Positions 27,282-39,978 of a stretch of 64,000 nt of DNA are shown here, piece by piece (positions within the stretch are counted from its first letter, which is position 1; each line of letters opens with the position of its first letter). The notes beneath the pieces were generated by a model. It saw nothing but the letters and a program-made list of their open reading frames with translations. It made no database searches and was not told where the DNA came from. The DNA is from Geobacteraceae bacterium. Lineage in GTDB: Bacteria > Desulfobacterota > Desulfuromonadia > Geobacterales > DSM-12255. The position numbers and the translations under genes are program-made. The stretch covers positions 108 through 64,107 of the forward strand of contig JBGQLM010000003.1 in NCBI GenBank assembly GCA_041500085.1, written 5' to 3'.

Positions 27282-27320
27282 AAAGGCCTCTCTTTTCATG
27301 ATATGAAAAGAGCGGCCTTT
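27282..27320 (+). terminator. long hairpin (terminator/attenuator-like) between dnaN and recF
   Basis: AAAGGCCTCTCTTTTCAT-gat-ATGAAAAGAGCGGCCTTT. The arms are 18 nt with one mismatch. No long T-run follows. Confidence 0.45.
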
Positions 27321-27335
27321 CGCATTATTCCGGAT

Positions 27336-28427
27336 ATGCTTTTAAACTGTATCAACATAAATTTATTCAGAAATATAAGACGGGCGGATATACGATTCGA
27401 CAGCCGTTTCAATATATTTTATGGAAAAAATGGCCAGGGGAAGACCAACTACCTCGAAGCTATTTTTTTTCTGGGCACCCTGAAATCTTTCAGACATGCT
27501 AAACAGAAAGATATGCTTGCCTGGGATGAGAATTCGGCGTCATTGAAATGCTCAGTCACAGATAATGAACTTCGACATGACTTGTCGGTATCTTTTGAAA
27601 GCAGCAGCAAAGTTTTGAAAGTCGACTGCAAAGCAGCACCCCGAGTGATAGATTACTGTCACCTGCTCTCAGTCGTAGCTTTTTCTCCGGAAGAGATGGC
27701 AATGATAAACGGATCTCCTGACCAGAGGAGACGCTATCTTGACAGAGCTGTTTTCTGCAAAGACCCTGGGTACCTGAAAATATATCATGACTACTACAGG
27801 ATACTTAAACAGAGAAATCAGCTTTTAAAACAGCGTAATTACGGAAGTATTGAAGCATGGACAGAGCAGCTTGTCAGTACGGGCGCCAAGCTTGTTCTTG
27901 AACGGGCGGCCTATATCAGAGAACTGGCAGGACCGTTTTCCGGCTACTATAAAAATATCTCAGGTAGTGACGAAGTGGCGAGGCTGTGCTATTATAACCC
28001 TTCTTTTGAACCCTGCTTTTCTCTTTCCGAGATTAGTGATGAAATTTTCAGAGCATTAATCGTCAGCAGTCGCATTGAACGAGAACGGGGTACGACAGTC
28101 GTAGGTCCTCACAGGGATGATCTGGAATTTTTCCTTAATGACAGACCGATTCGGGAACATGGCTCACAAGGGCAACAGAAAAGCTTTGTGATGGCCCTGA
28201 AGATGGCCGAGATAGAGCACTTGAATGAAACATCTGGCAGATTGCCAGTCCTGCTGCTTGATGACATGACAGCAGAGCTTGATAATGACAGGATTCAACA
28301 TCTACTCGACTTCCTGATCAGCAGAAATATCCAGGTATTCATAACTACTACAGATCCGGCTTCAGTACCACTGCCAGAAGACATACGACATGCGTCTTTT
28401 CTGGTCGAAGAAGGTCGCATAGTTTAG
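27336..28427 (+). CDS. recF: DNA replication and repair protein RecF
   Basis: The track start at 27303 lies inside the hairpin. ATG 27336 gives MLLNCININLFRNIRRADIRF..., typical of RecF. Walker A is GKNGQGKTNYLEAI, with LLLDD near the C-terminus. Confidence 0.88.
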   Translation: MLLNCININLFRNIRRADIRFDSRFNIFYGKNGQGKTNYLEAIFFLGTLKSFRHAKQKDMLAWDENSASLKCSVTDNELRHDLSVSFESSSKVLKVDCKAAPRVIDYCHLLSVVAFSPEEMAMINGSPDQRRRYLDRAVFCKDPGYLKIYHDYYRILKQRNQLLKQRNYGSIEAWTEQLVSTGAKLVLERAAYIRELAGPFSGYYKNISGSDEVARLCYYNPSFEPCFSLSEISDEIFRALIVSSRIERERGTTVVGPHRDDLEFFLNDRPIREHGSQGQQKSFVMALKMAEIEHLNETSGRLPVLLLDDMTAELDNDRIQHLLDFLISRNIQVFITTTDPASVPLPEDIRHASFLVEEGRIV

Positions 28428-30818
<2,391 letters not shown>

Positions 30819-30883
30819 ATGGCAGACTCTTTTTGGATTAAATTCAAAAACCTTATATTTCAGTTATTTACATAGAGGGGCCA

Positions 30884-33460
30884 ATGTTAAACCAGACAAA
30901 CAAGATATCGGTAAATATTGAAGATGAGATGAAGAAATCCTACATGGATTATGCCATGTCGGTTATTATCGGCCGGGCTCTGCCGGATGTACGCGACGGG
31001 TTTAAACCGGTTCACCGGCGCTGCCTGTATGCCATGTACGACATGGGCAACGACTACAACAAACCGTACAAGAAATCGGCCAGGGTAGTCGGTGATGTCA
31101 TCGGTAAGTATCACCCTCACGGAGATACAGCTGCCTACGACACTATCGTTCGGATGGCACAGGACTTTTCCCTGCGCTACCCGATGGTGGATGGTCAGGG
31201 TAACTTCGGTTCCGTTGACGGCGACTCTCCGGCTGCCATGCGTTACACCGAAATAAGGATGTCTAAGCTTGCTCACGAGATGCTGGTCGATCTCGATAAA
31301 GAGACCGTGGACATGGGGTCGAACTACGATGACTCCCTGCAGGAGCCCCTGGTGCTCCCGGCCAAGATACCGAATCTGCTGGTCAACGGATCTTCCGGTA
31401 TTGCTGTCGGCATGGCCACCAACATCCCGCCTCATAATCTGAGTGAAGTAGTGGACGGGGTTATTGCCACCATCGATAATCCATCGATAACTATTGAAGA
31501 TCTTATGGAAATAATTCCCGGACCGGACTTTCCTACCGCCGGTTTTATCTACGGCCGGGAGGGGATCGTCTCAGCTTATCGAACCGGTCGTGGCATCATC
31601 CAGATGCGCGCCAGAGCCAGGGTGGAAAAACAAAAGAAGAGCGAGCGCGAATCGATCATCGTTACCGAGATTCCCTATCAGGTAAACAAGGCGAGATTGA
31701 TTGAAAAAATCGCCGAACTCGTTCGCGAGAAGAAGATTGAGGGTATCTCCGATCTACGGGACGAATCAGACCGCGACGGTATGAGGATCGTCATCGAGTT
31801 GAAGAAGGACGAAAACCCTCAGGTGCTCCTTAATCAGCTTTATAAACATACTGCCATGCAGTCCTCCTTCGGCATCATCATGCTGGCAATTGTCAGCAAC
31901 CGACCTAAGGTGCTTACCCTTAAAGAGACTATCCGTCATTTCATCGACCACCGCCGCGAGATTGTCACCCGCCGGACCGTCTTCGAGCTGAAGAAGGCCG
32001 AGGCAAGAGCCCATATCCTTGAAGGTCTCAAGATTGCTCTCGACTGGCTCGATGCGGTCATTGAGCTGATTCGTGCCTCAAAGACTCCGGCAGAGGCCAA
32101 AGAGGGGTTAATCGAGGGGAAATTCGCAGATCCGGTCTGGCTTGAAAAGTTCGGTCTCACGGCACCTGCCGGATACAGCGACGCTACCCGGCTTTCCGAC
32201 ATCCAGGCCCAGGCGATTCTGGACATGCGACTGCACCGTTTAACCGGTCTGGAGCGGGAAAAAATCATCGACGAATATATGGAAGTGCTGCGCTTTATCG
32301 CCCGCCTGAAGGAAATTCTCGGTTCGGAGACGGAGATACTTGCCATTGTCAAGGGGGAGTTGCTGGAGGTCAAGGAGAAGTTCGGAGATGCGCGCCGTAC
32401 CGAGATCATTGCCCAGACCGCTGAAATTACCCTTGAAGACACTATCGTTGAAGAGGATATGGTGGTCAACGTCACCCATACGGGATACATCAAGCGGAGT
32501 GCAGTCTCTCTCTACCGTGCCCAGCGTCGCGGCGGCAAAGGCAAAACAGGGATCAAGACCAAGGATGAAGACTTTGTCGAACTTCTCTTTATCGCCTCGA
32601 CCAAGGATTATCTCCTCTTCTTTACCGATGCCGGTAAAGTTTTCTGGCTGAAGGTTTATGAACTTCCTGAAGGAGGACGGGCAACTCGCGGCAAAGCGAT
32701 AGTCAACCTGCTCAATCTGTCGCCGGACGAAAAGGTGTCAGCAATTCTTTCGGTGCGCGAGTTCACAGACGACAGGTACATTATGATGGCAACCCGCCAG
32801 GGTGTTGTCAAGAAAACCCCACTTCTTGAGTACTCTCATCCAAGGGCAGGCGGGATTCTGGCGGTAAATCTTGATGAAGGAGACAAGCTGATAGAAGTCG
32901 CCCTGACAGACGGTAAGCAGGATGTGCTGCTGGCGTCGAAAAACGGCAAATCCATTCGTTTCCGCGAGGAGGATGCCAGGCCTCAGGGACGTGTTACCCG
33001 TGGTGTGCGAGGAATGACTCTGGAGGATGATGATTTTGTCATCGGTATGGAGATAGTCAACGACATGACCGGGTCAACGATCTTCACGGTGACAGAGAAC
33101 GGTTTCGGCAAGCGCACCGAGCTTGGCGAGTATCGCGCACAAAGCCGCGGGGGTAAAGGCGTTATAACTATCAAGACAACCGATAGAAACGGATGTGTGG
33201 TCGATATCAAGCAGGTAACCGATGAAAATGACCTGATGCTGATAAGTGATCAGGGTAAAATCCTTCGTGTCCCGGTTGCGGGATTCTCCATCATAGGGAG
33301 GAACACGCAGGGGGTACGCCTGATGGTTACGGAGACCGAAGAACGGATTGTCGCAGTTGCGAAACTGGCTGAAAAGGATGAGTCGGAAGAAGAGTCTGAA
33401 GACGATTTTGCAGAGGAGATTTCCGAAGCTGAACTCGTGGCGGATGAAGGCGAAGAATAA
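30884..33460 (+). CDS. gyrA: DNA gyrase subunit A
   Basis: 858 aa with [29 protein letters not shown], and the active-site AAMRYTE. The C-terminal beta-pinwheel repeats are followed by an acidic tail. Confidence 0.95.
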   Translation: MLNQTNKISVNIEDEMKKSYMDYAMSVIIGRALPDVRDGFKPVHRRCLYAMYDMGNDYNKPYKKSARVVGDVIGKYHPHGDTAAYDTIVRMAQDFSLRYPMVDGQGNFGSVDGDSPAAMRYTEIRMSKLAHEMLVDLDKETVDMGSNYDDSLQEPLVLPAKIPNLLVNGSSGIAVGMATNIPPHNLSEVVDGVIATIDNPSITIEDLMEIIPGPDFPTAGFIYGREGIVSAYRTGRGIIQMRARARVEKQKKSERESIIVTEIPYQVNKARLIEKIAELVREKKIEGISDLRDESDRDGMRIVIELKKDENPQVLLNQLYKHTAMQSSFGIIMLAIVSNRPKVLTLKETIRHFIDHRREIVTRRTVFELKKAEARAHILEGLKIALDWLDAVIELIRASKTPAEAKEGLIEGKFADPVWLEKFGLTAPAGYSDATRLSDIQAQAILDMRLHRLTGLEREKIIDEYMEVLRFIARLKEILGSETEILAIVKGELLEVKEKFGDARRTEIIAQTAEITLEDTIVEEDMVVNVTHTGYIKRSAVSLYRAQRRGGKGKTGIKTKDEDFVELLFIASTKDYLLFFTDAGKVFWLKVYELPEGGRATRGKAIVNLLNLSPDEKVSAILSVREFTDDRYIMMATRQGVVKKTPLLEYSHPRAGGILAVNLDEGDKLIEVALTDGKQDVLLASKNGKSIRFREEDARPQGRVTRGVRGMTLEDDDFVIGMEIVNDMTGSTIFTVTENGFGKRTELGEYRAQSRGGKGVITIKTTDRNGCVVDIKQVTDENDLMLISDQGKILRVPVAGFSIIGRNTQGVRLMVTETEERIVAVAKLAEKDESEEESEDDFAEEISEAELVADEGEE

Positions 33461-33505
33461 CTTCTTTGCGATAGCAATCTGATAAGCCGTAAAGAGTGGC
33501 AGATT

Positions 33506-35062
33506 ATGGATAACCACCGGAAAATCGACAGGAGTTTCAAGGAGCGGCAGGGAGTTCTCCAGCTTTTGGAAAAGCTTAAGAAGGAGAACATAACCTATGC
33601 CGAGATGGACGAGATCGGCAATACGCTCAGGAAAACCGGCCGCTCGGCGGTCCAGCCTATCCTGAGAAGACTCTGGCAGGAAAAAAGCGGCAAGCTGATT
33701 TCTAAGTACACCTATCTTCTCGATTTTCTCGACGACAGATACTGGCTTGACCAGATCATCAAGATTGCTCTCAAAAGAAGGGACCTGGAGATCGAGGGTA
33801 AATCCGCAATATTGGCTGCTCTGGAAGATTGCGGGATCGATGTGTCAGTGCCACCATTCTCTGCTCTTTTTTCTGGGAATTCCATCACTGTTGCCGAAAT
33901 GTTCCCCAGGATAGTCGAGAGTGGAGATGACGGACTCCTTTTTTTCCTGGAGGATTTTGCCTACTTACCGATAGAGCTCAAACGGACTTTTCTCCTCGAT
34001 CTTGCCAGAATTCCGGACAAAAGAGTTCTTGAACCGCTTGGGCTTCTTCTCTGGCATGATGATTCAGAAGTTGCCAAGGAGGTCATAAATGCAATCGGCC
34101 GGGTCAGGTTTCCGGAAGCAGCAGCACTTCTCAAGGAGTTCAGCCAGTACTCGGTCAGTTCCCATCAACAACTGATAGATCAGAACATCAGAAGACTTTC
34201 TTTTCTGGGTATTTACCCTGAAACCAACAAACCGGTCGTAGAAAGGCCACCTTTCCATTCTGCTTATGCAGGGCCGGTTGACGGGAACGGTTACCGTCAT
34301 ATCTGGATAACAAGATGGCGGGAAGATGGGAGGCTCGACTCGGTGGATTTCCAGATTCATGATCTGGAAGGGGTTAAAAGCGTCTGGGGTGAGTCCGGAG
34401 AGACTGTAGGGCAGTACGATGAGCGCTCAGTTGAGAGGACAGGACAGGAGTTGATAGAACCGGCCACTCATGAATATGTCCTTGCACTTCTTTGCGATGC
34501 TCTTTATCAAAACAGAGAGAGCGGTTATCCATTGCCTCCGGAGTTTTTACTGAGGAGGAGAATGTTTGCTCCTGAAGAGATAATTCCGGCTCTTTACGAT
34601 CTGCCTTCATTGAACTGGACCGTAAAGGTAACTCCTGCGCTCCTCGCTCTTTCAGCCCAACTGTTCGAAGATGAATATTTTGCAGGGTGGAGTCTTGAAA
34701 GCTGTAGGGTTTACGAGATTGCCGAGGAGTGGATGCGGCTGGAAAAGGGCTCTTCAGAAAAAGAGCTCGCAACCGTGCTGGAGCGTTTGATAGAGAGTCT
34801 CTGCAGGGACGAGCTTAAGCCGATACTGGCAGATATTTCACGACGTTTGTACCTGAATGCGGATTATCTGGCGCGAAACGGAGTTGACGGTGAACTTGTA
34901 AAAGCGGCAGTTGCAGCTGCCGCGAGCATCAAGCAGTTTTCCCTGCCTTGCCATCTGCATCCCTTTCTCCGTCGTTTTGCAATGGAAAGCATGATTGTAG
35001 CACGGGAGGCACTGGAAGAGGGGTATGACCTGAGGGATTTTCCTGAAGAAGAGTGGGAATGA
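33506..35062 (+). CDS. conserved hypothetical protein
   Basis: 518-aa ORF in the same orientation as gyrA and gpsA. It has no TM segments or catalytic motif that I recognise. The helical/HEAT-like N-terminal half is a guess. Confidence 0.6.
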   Translation: MDNHRKIDRSFKERQGVLQLLEKLKKENITYAEMDEIGNTLRKTGRSAVQPILRRLWQEKSGKLISKYTYLLDFLDDRYWLDQIIKIALKRRDLEIEGKSAILAALEDCGIDVSVPPFSALFSGNSITVAEMFPRIVESGDDGLLFFLEDFAYLPIELKRTFLLDLARIPDKRVLEPLGLLLWHDDSEVAKEVINAIGRVRFPEAAALLKEFSQYSVSSHQQLIDQNIRRLSFLGIYPETNKPVVERPPFHSAYAGPVDGNGYRHIWITRWREDGRLDSVDFQIHDLEGVKSVWGESGETVGQYDERSVERTGQELIEPATHEYVLALLCDALYQNRESGYPLPPEFLLRRRMFAPEEIIPALYDLPSLNWTVKVTPALLALSAQLFEDEYFAGWSLESCRVYEIAEEWMRLEKGSSEKELATVLERLIESLCRDELKPILADISRRLYLNADYLARNGVDGELVKAAVAAAASIKQFSLPCHLHPFLRRFAMESMIVAREALEEGYDLRDFPEEEWE

Positions 35063-35132
35063 TCACGATGTTTATGGCTATTCAACTCTACGGGGTAACT
35101 GGCCTGAGCGCTACATTAGAGGTATCTGAACC

Positions 35133-36140
35133 ATGTACAAGTCAATAGGGGTTATAGGCGCGGGAAGCTGGGGCACGACACTGGCGGATATGCTTGCAAA
35201 AAAAGGGCATCAGGTCACACTCTGGGCGTATGAGCAAGAGCTGGTCGTCGAGATGGAAATCAGGCATGAGAACAGCATCTACTTAAAAGATATAGCTCTT
35301 TCCGGCAATCTTGCTTTTACCGGCTCCCTCAAAAGTGCTGTCAGCAATAAGGAGCTGCTCCTTTTTGTTGTTCCCTCCCAGGTTCTTCGGAAGGTTGTGA
35401 AGGAGGCGATTCCCTTCATCTCCAGAGATGCGCTTATCGTCAGTGCTTCCAAAGGAATAGAAGTCGACACTCTGAAGCTCGTTTCACAGATCTATGAGGA
35501 GCTCCTGCCTCCTGAACTTTTCAGATGTTTTTCCGTACTTTCCGGGCCAAGCTTTGCAAGAGAGGTCGCGATGGAGATGCCCACCGCAGTGGTCGCTGCT
35601 GCAGCAGATATCAGGGTTGCCAAAGAAGTGCAGGATGCCTTCAACTGCCGGTTCTTCAGGGTCTATACAAACAGCGATGTAACCGGCGTAGAGCTTGGCG
35701 GAGCAGTAAAAAATGTCATAGCAATTGCCGCAGGGATAGCAGATGGACTCGGTTTCGGCTACAATACAAGAGCAGCCCTCATTACCCGGGGTCTTGCTGA
35801 GATTACCAGGCTCGGATTGGCCCTTGGCGCTAACGGAGAGACCTTTTCCGGACTTGCAGGGATGGGAGATCTTGTCCTCACCTGCACAGGGGACCTTTCA
35901 AGAAATCGGACTGTCGGGATTCAGCTGGGGCAAGGAAGAACTCTTACTCAAATCCTTTCCGAGATGCGGATGGTTGCTGAAGGTGTCAAGACAACCGAAT
36001 CAACTTGTCTCCTCGCGGGTAAACTCGGAGTCGACATGCCCATAGCCTTCAAGGTAAACGAGATCCTGTACAACGAGAGACCTGCTAAAGCTGCAGTTAT
36101 GGAACTTATGTCCCGCGACCTCAAGGCGGAAGGTTTTTAG
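35133..36140 (+). CDS. gpsA: NAD(P)H-dependent glycerol-3-phosphate dehydrogenase
   Basis: 335 aa with GVIGAGSWGTTLA, SKGIE, and GNLSRNRTVG-like DLSRNRTVGIQLG. Confidence 0.9.
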   Translation: MYKSIGVIGAGSWGTTLADMLAKKGHQVTLWAYEQELVVEMEIRHENSIYLKDIALSGNLAFTGSLKSAVSNKELLLFVVPSQVLRKVVKEAIPFISRDALIVSASKGIEVDTLKLVSQIYEELLPPELFRCFSVLSGPSFAREVAMEMPTAVVAAAADIRVAKEVQDAFNCRFFRVYTNSDVTGVELGGAVKNVIAIAAGIADGLGFGYNTRAALITRGLAEITRLGLALGANGETFSGLAGMGDLVLTCTGDLSRNRTVGIQLGQGRTLTQILSEMRMVAEGVKTTESTCLLAGKLGVDMPIAFKVNEILYNERPAKAAVMELMSRDLKAEGF

Positions 36141-36164
36141 ACTCCAAAAAGTAACCGGAGCGAA

Positions 36165-38438
36165 ATGAAGAGCCGCCTGACCATCAAAAGCAGACTCTTT
36201 TTTGCCATTGCTGCCATTCTGGTATCTTCGTATACCATTCTCTTCTTCTTATCAATTTTCTCGATAAAACGATTCAACGACGAAGAGATCACAAAAGACC
36301 TCGAAAATTCTCTCCGATTTACCAAGAGTCAATTCAATGCCCGCCCCGAAATGGTCAGTGAAGCATTAAAGCTGCCGGTTTCTGCCAAAAATATTCAAAG
36401 ATTATTTTCCCGCCACGACTCTGAAGGGCTCAGCGAAGCGGTAAAACGCTGGAAACAGTCCCTTGAATTTATCGAGATGTTTACATTGCTCGATTCAGAT
36501 CTGAATGTGATCGTTCGCAGCAATGGGAAAAACGGGTCTAATTCGTTCCTGAAAGGACCGCTTCTGGAAAGTCTGCTTGACCGGCGAGAACCGTTCATCA
36601 CGACAGAGCTTATAAACCATCAAAAATACTGTGAAGAGGTAAGCAGTGATGTCTGCCAGGCTCTGCCCGGGGATAAGGAAGTGATGGTACAACTTGTCAT
36701 TGTCCCTGTTGCTGATGCCGTCGGGAATCTACTCGGTTTCATTGTTACCGGGGATGATATCAACAGGGACACGCATCTTCCATATCAACAGCTGAAGGTT
36801 TTCGGCAAGTCTGTTGAGATGCTGATTACTCAATTAGGAGAGCCTATAGCCAGTACGATGTCAATCGCTGGTCTTTTTGCATCATCACTTCAGCCTGACG
36901 TGCTGCAATCGTTGAAAAACGGGTTTTCATTCAGCGGAAAGACGCTTTTGCATGAGAAAGAATATGAAATGATCGCCGAGCCGATTCACAGTTACAAGGG
37001 TGATTTTATCGGATCTATTGCAGTCGCACTTGAAAAGAGTCGGTTCAGCAGCATTCAAAACGAAAATTTCAGGAATCTTTTCATCTGTGCAGTACTAAGT
37101 ATTTCAGGGATCTTTTTCCTTTCCTACCTGATTGCCTGGAAGTTTACCGCTCCTATCAGAAGATTTTCCGATGCCGTAAAATCGATTGAGTCGGGTGATT
37201 ATTCAGCAAAGCTTCAGGAAAGCGATGGAGTTGAGTTCAAAGTGCTCGCTGAAGCATTTAACAGGATGTCAGCGGTATTGAGTGAGCACGACTCGACCAT
37301 TGTAAACCAGAACAAAGAGCTCACTCAGCTGAACGAAGAGCTGGAAAGTGTAATCGCAGAGCGGGCGCAACAATTGGAGGCCGAATCAGGACTTCAGAAG
37401 GCGATCGTAAAGAGTCTGGCGGATGGCTTGGTAGTGACAGACAGCAACCATGTCATTATTCAGCTCAATCCCGCTGCAGAAAGGCTTTTGGGTAAAAAAG
37501 CAGCCAAAATGGTCGGGAAGCCCATCTTCAATCTTTGTGATGAGCTCGGCTTTGACGAATTGAAAGCACTGATAGGCAGATGCTCAACAAGTGATTCAGA
37601 AGATGGTGAAGCCATCGTTAAAGATAATGGTCAAAAAAGTCTGAAATTCACGGCTACCGGTTTAAAATATGAAGAAAAAAATAATAGCGGGCTTCTGATC
37701 GGCATTCGTGATGTGACTGCCGATGGAGAAGTCGACAGGCTCAAGAGCGGCTTCATAGCAAAAATTTCTCACGAACTAAAGACACCCCTTACCTCCATGA
37801 AGGGATCACTTGAGTTCATTCTCAAAAAGGGTAAATGGCTCACCGGTGTTGAGCGCGAAATGCTGGGAGTCTGCCACAGAAACGCTGAACGTCTGATCAG
37901 TCAGGTGTCGAGTATTCTTGAGCTCTCAAGAATCGAGGCTGGACAAATCAGCATTTTATTGCGTCCTGTCCAGATAGGTGAAGTTGCACTTTATGCCATT
38001 GAAGAGATCAAGGGTGCGGCCCTCTCCAAGAACATCTCTCTGGTAAATGAGGTTGGAGTGGATCTTCCCAAAGTTTCCGGAGATTATGTTCGTCTTGGCC
38101 GGGTCCTTTCAAATCTGCTCTCAAATGCCATCAAATTCTCTCCGGCAGACTCGGTCGTTCACCTCTTTGCAGAAATAAACGGTGGATTCCTAGCGCTCTC
38201 TGTTGCGGATAGCGGAAAAACTATTCCCGGAGAAGAGAAAGCCACTCTTTTCAGCAGATTCCGTCAAGTCGGCCGCCCTGAAGAAGCTGAAGCTTCCGGT
38301 AGCGGACTTGGGCTGGCAATCAGTAAAGAAATTATAACAAGGCATGGCGGCAGTATTTATCATTCACCCGGAGCCTCCGGAGGGAATGTTTTCACATTTA
38401 CTGTACCGTTATATGGAGAGCAGGATGTCAAAGGATAG
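36165..38438 (+). CDS. sensor histidine kinase (extracytoplasmic sensor-HAMP-PAS-HisKA-HATPase)
   Basis: 757 aa with two TM helices flanking a ~280-aa sensor domain. H-box FIAKISHELKTPLTSM, N-box LSNLLSNAIKFS, G-box GSGLGLAISKEI. Confidence 0.85.
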   Translation: MKSRLTIKSRLFFAIAAILVSSYTILFFLSIFSIKRFNDEEITKDLENSLRFTKSQFNARPEMVSEALKLPVSAKNIQRLFSRHDSEGLSEAVKRWKQSLEFIEMFTLLDSDLNVIVRSNGKNGSNSFLKGPLLESLLDRREPFITTELINHQKYCEEVSSDVCQALPGDKEVMVQLVIVPVADAVGNLLGFIVTGDDINRDTHLPYQQLKVFGKSVEMLITQLGEPIASTMSIAGLFASSLQPDVLQSLKNGFSFSGKTLLHEKEYEMIAEPIHSYKGDFIGSIAVALEKSRFSSIQNENFRNLFICAVLSISGIFFLSYLIAWKFTAPIRRFSDAVKSIESGDYSAKLQESDGVEFKVLAEAFNRMSAVLSEHDSTIVNQNKELTQLNEELESVIAERAQQLEAESGLQKAIVKSLADGLVVTDSNHVIIQLNPAAERLLGKKAAKMVGKPIFNLCDELGFDELKALIGRCSTSDSEDGEAIVKDNGQKSLKFTATGLKYEEKNNSGLLIGIRDVTADGEVDRLKSGFIAKISHELKTPLTSMKGSLEFILKKGKWLTGVEREMLGVCHRNAERLISQVSSILELSRIEAGQISILLRPVQIGEVALYAIEEIKGAALSKNISLVNEVGVDLPKVSGDYVRLGRVLSNLLSNAIKFSPADSVVHLFAEINGGFLALSVADSGKTIPGEEKATLFSRFRQVGRPEEAEASGSGLGLAISKEIITRHGGSIYHSPGASGGNVFTFTVPLYGEQDVKG

Positions 38439-39978
38439 AATTCTGATTGCGGACGATGAAGCAGATATTGCGCTTATTCTCAAGCTTCAACTGGAAGATG
38501 CGGGATACAGAACTGTTCGGGTCAGGGATGGCGTTGAAGCATTAGAGATGCTGGCAAAAGAGTCGTTCGAACTCATCCTGCTTGACATAAAGATGCCACG
38601 CATGGATGGAATTGAAGTTCTTAAAAGGGTCCGCTGCTCTTATCCCTCAATGGTTGTCGTGATGATGACGGCACACGGCAATGAAGAGATTGCGGTTGCT
38701 GCAATGAAAGAGGGGGCTCTCGACTACATTGCAAAACCGTTCTCCAACGAAGATATGCTGAAGCGGGTGGAGCGGGCCATATTCTTCAACCGAACGTCTC
38801 AGGAGAACGAGAGATTGCAGCAGCAGCTTGCGGCGGAGCAGAGGAAGAACGAGGCGATTATTCAGGGGATTGCAGAGTTGCTTATAGCGGTCGATAGTCA
38901 TGGAAAGATCATTTCGGTTAACCGGATGACTGAGGTTGTTCTTGGAAAGAGCCGGAATGAACTTCTTGGGTTCGGGATCGAAACAGTTCTTCATACTGAC
39001 CTTTCTTCCGGAGCAGAGCTTCCTACAAAAAAGACGTTGGCAACAGGTAAATCGATTGTTGATTTTACCTACTCTATCTTTACTCCTTCCGGAAAGATTC
39101 CGGTTTTGTCAAGCGCGGCGCCTCTTAAAGACAGCACAGGCAAGGTAGTCGGTTGCGTGGAAATAATCCGTGACATATCTAGCATAAAAGCTCTTGAGCG
39201 CGAACGCGAAGATTTTGTCAGCATGCTTTCCCATGATCTCAAAAACCCGATAACTTCAATCGTGGGATCTCTGGATCTTGTCCGTGAAGGGCGACTTGGG
39301 CCAATAAACAAGGATCAGACTGAATTCATTGAAGCAGCGGAAGAGAGCTGCGCCGAAATGGTCGAAATGATAAATTCTCTGCTCGATATCCATAAATTCG
39401 AAGCAGGACGCATGATTATGAGCTTCAAGTCTGAAAGGCCACTGCACCTTATGGAAAAGGTGGTAAGCCAGTTTTCCAGGGTAGCTGAAAATGCCGGGGT
39501 AAACCTGATTTTCAACATCGCAAACGATCTGCCAGAATGTACCCTCGACAGAACAACTTTTATAAGGATGATGGGTAACCTGCTCACAAATGCGCTGAAA
39601 TTCACTCCGGAAAAAGGTGAAATTACCATATCTGCCGACTGCATTTGTGATCCGTCAGCTCTTTTATCAGGCATCCCAAAAGGTTTGTATCCAGATACGG
39701 TGCTGCCTGCAAAAGGATCTTATCTCAAGGTGGTGGTCAAAGACAGCGGGGTTGGAATCCCTGCCGAGTCAATCGCTGATATTTTTGACCGCTTTGTACA
39801 GGCGAAGAATCGCAGGGAGGGAAAAGCAAGGGGGACCGGACTTGGACTCGCATTCTGCCGCAAGGTTATGGATGCACACAAAGGATTGATATGGGTTGAG
39901 AGTGAAGAGGGGAAAGGGAGTCGGTTCATCGCACTGTTCCCCCTTGATTCCGGGGCAGCAAGTGATATTCAAGACTGA
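38425..39978 (+). CDS. hybrid response regulator / histidine kinase (REC-PAS-HisKA-HATPase)
   Basis: I moved the start to ATG 38425 (MSKDRILIADDEADIA), which overlaps the upstream kinase by 14 nt. REC motif LILLDIKMPRMDG, H-box FVSMLSHDLKNPITSI, G-box GTGLGLAFCRKV. Confidence 0.82.
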   Translation: MSKDRILIADDEADIALILKLQLEDAGYRTVRVRDGVEALEMLAKESFELILLDIKMPRMDGIEVLKRVRCSYPSMVVVMMTAHGNEEIAVAAMKEGALDYIAKPFSNEDMLKRVERAIFFNRTSQENERLQQQLAAEQRKNEAIIQGIAELLIAVDSHGKIISVNRMTEVVLGKSRNELLGFGIETVLHTDLSSGAELPTKKTLATGKSIVDFTYSIFTPSGKIPVLSSAAPLKDSTGKVVGCVEIIRDISSIKALEREREDFVSMLSHDLKNPITSIVGSLDLVREGRLGPINKDQTEFIEAAEESCAEMVEMINSLLDIHKFEAGRMIMSFKSERPLHLMEKVVSQFSRVAENAGVNLIFNIANDLPECTLDRTTFIRMMGNLLTNALKFTPEKGEITISADCICDPSALLSGIPKGLYPDTVLPAKGSYLKVVVKDSGVGIPAESIADIFDRFVQAKNRREGKARGTGLGLAFCRKVMDAHKGLIWVESEEGKGSRFIALFPLDSGAASDIQD

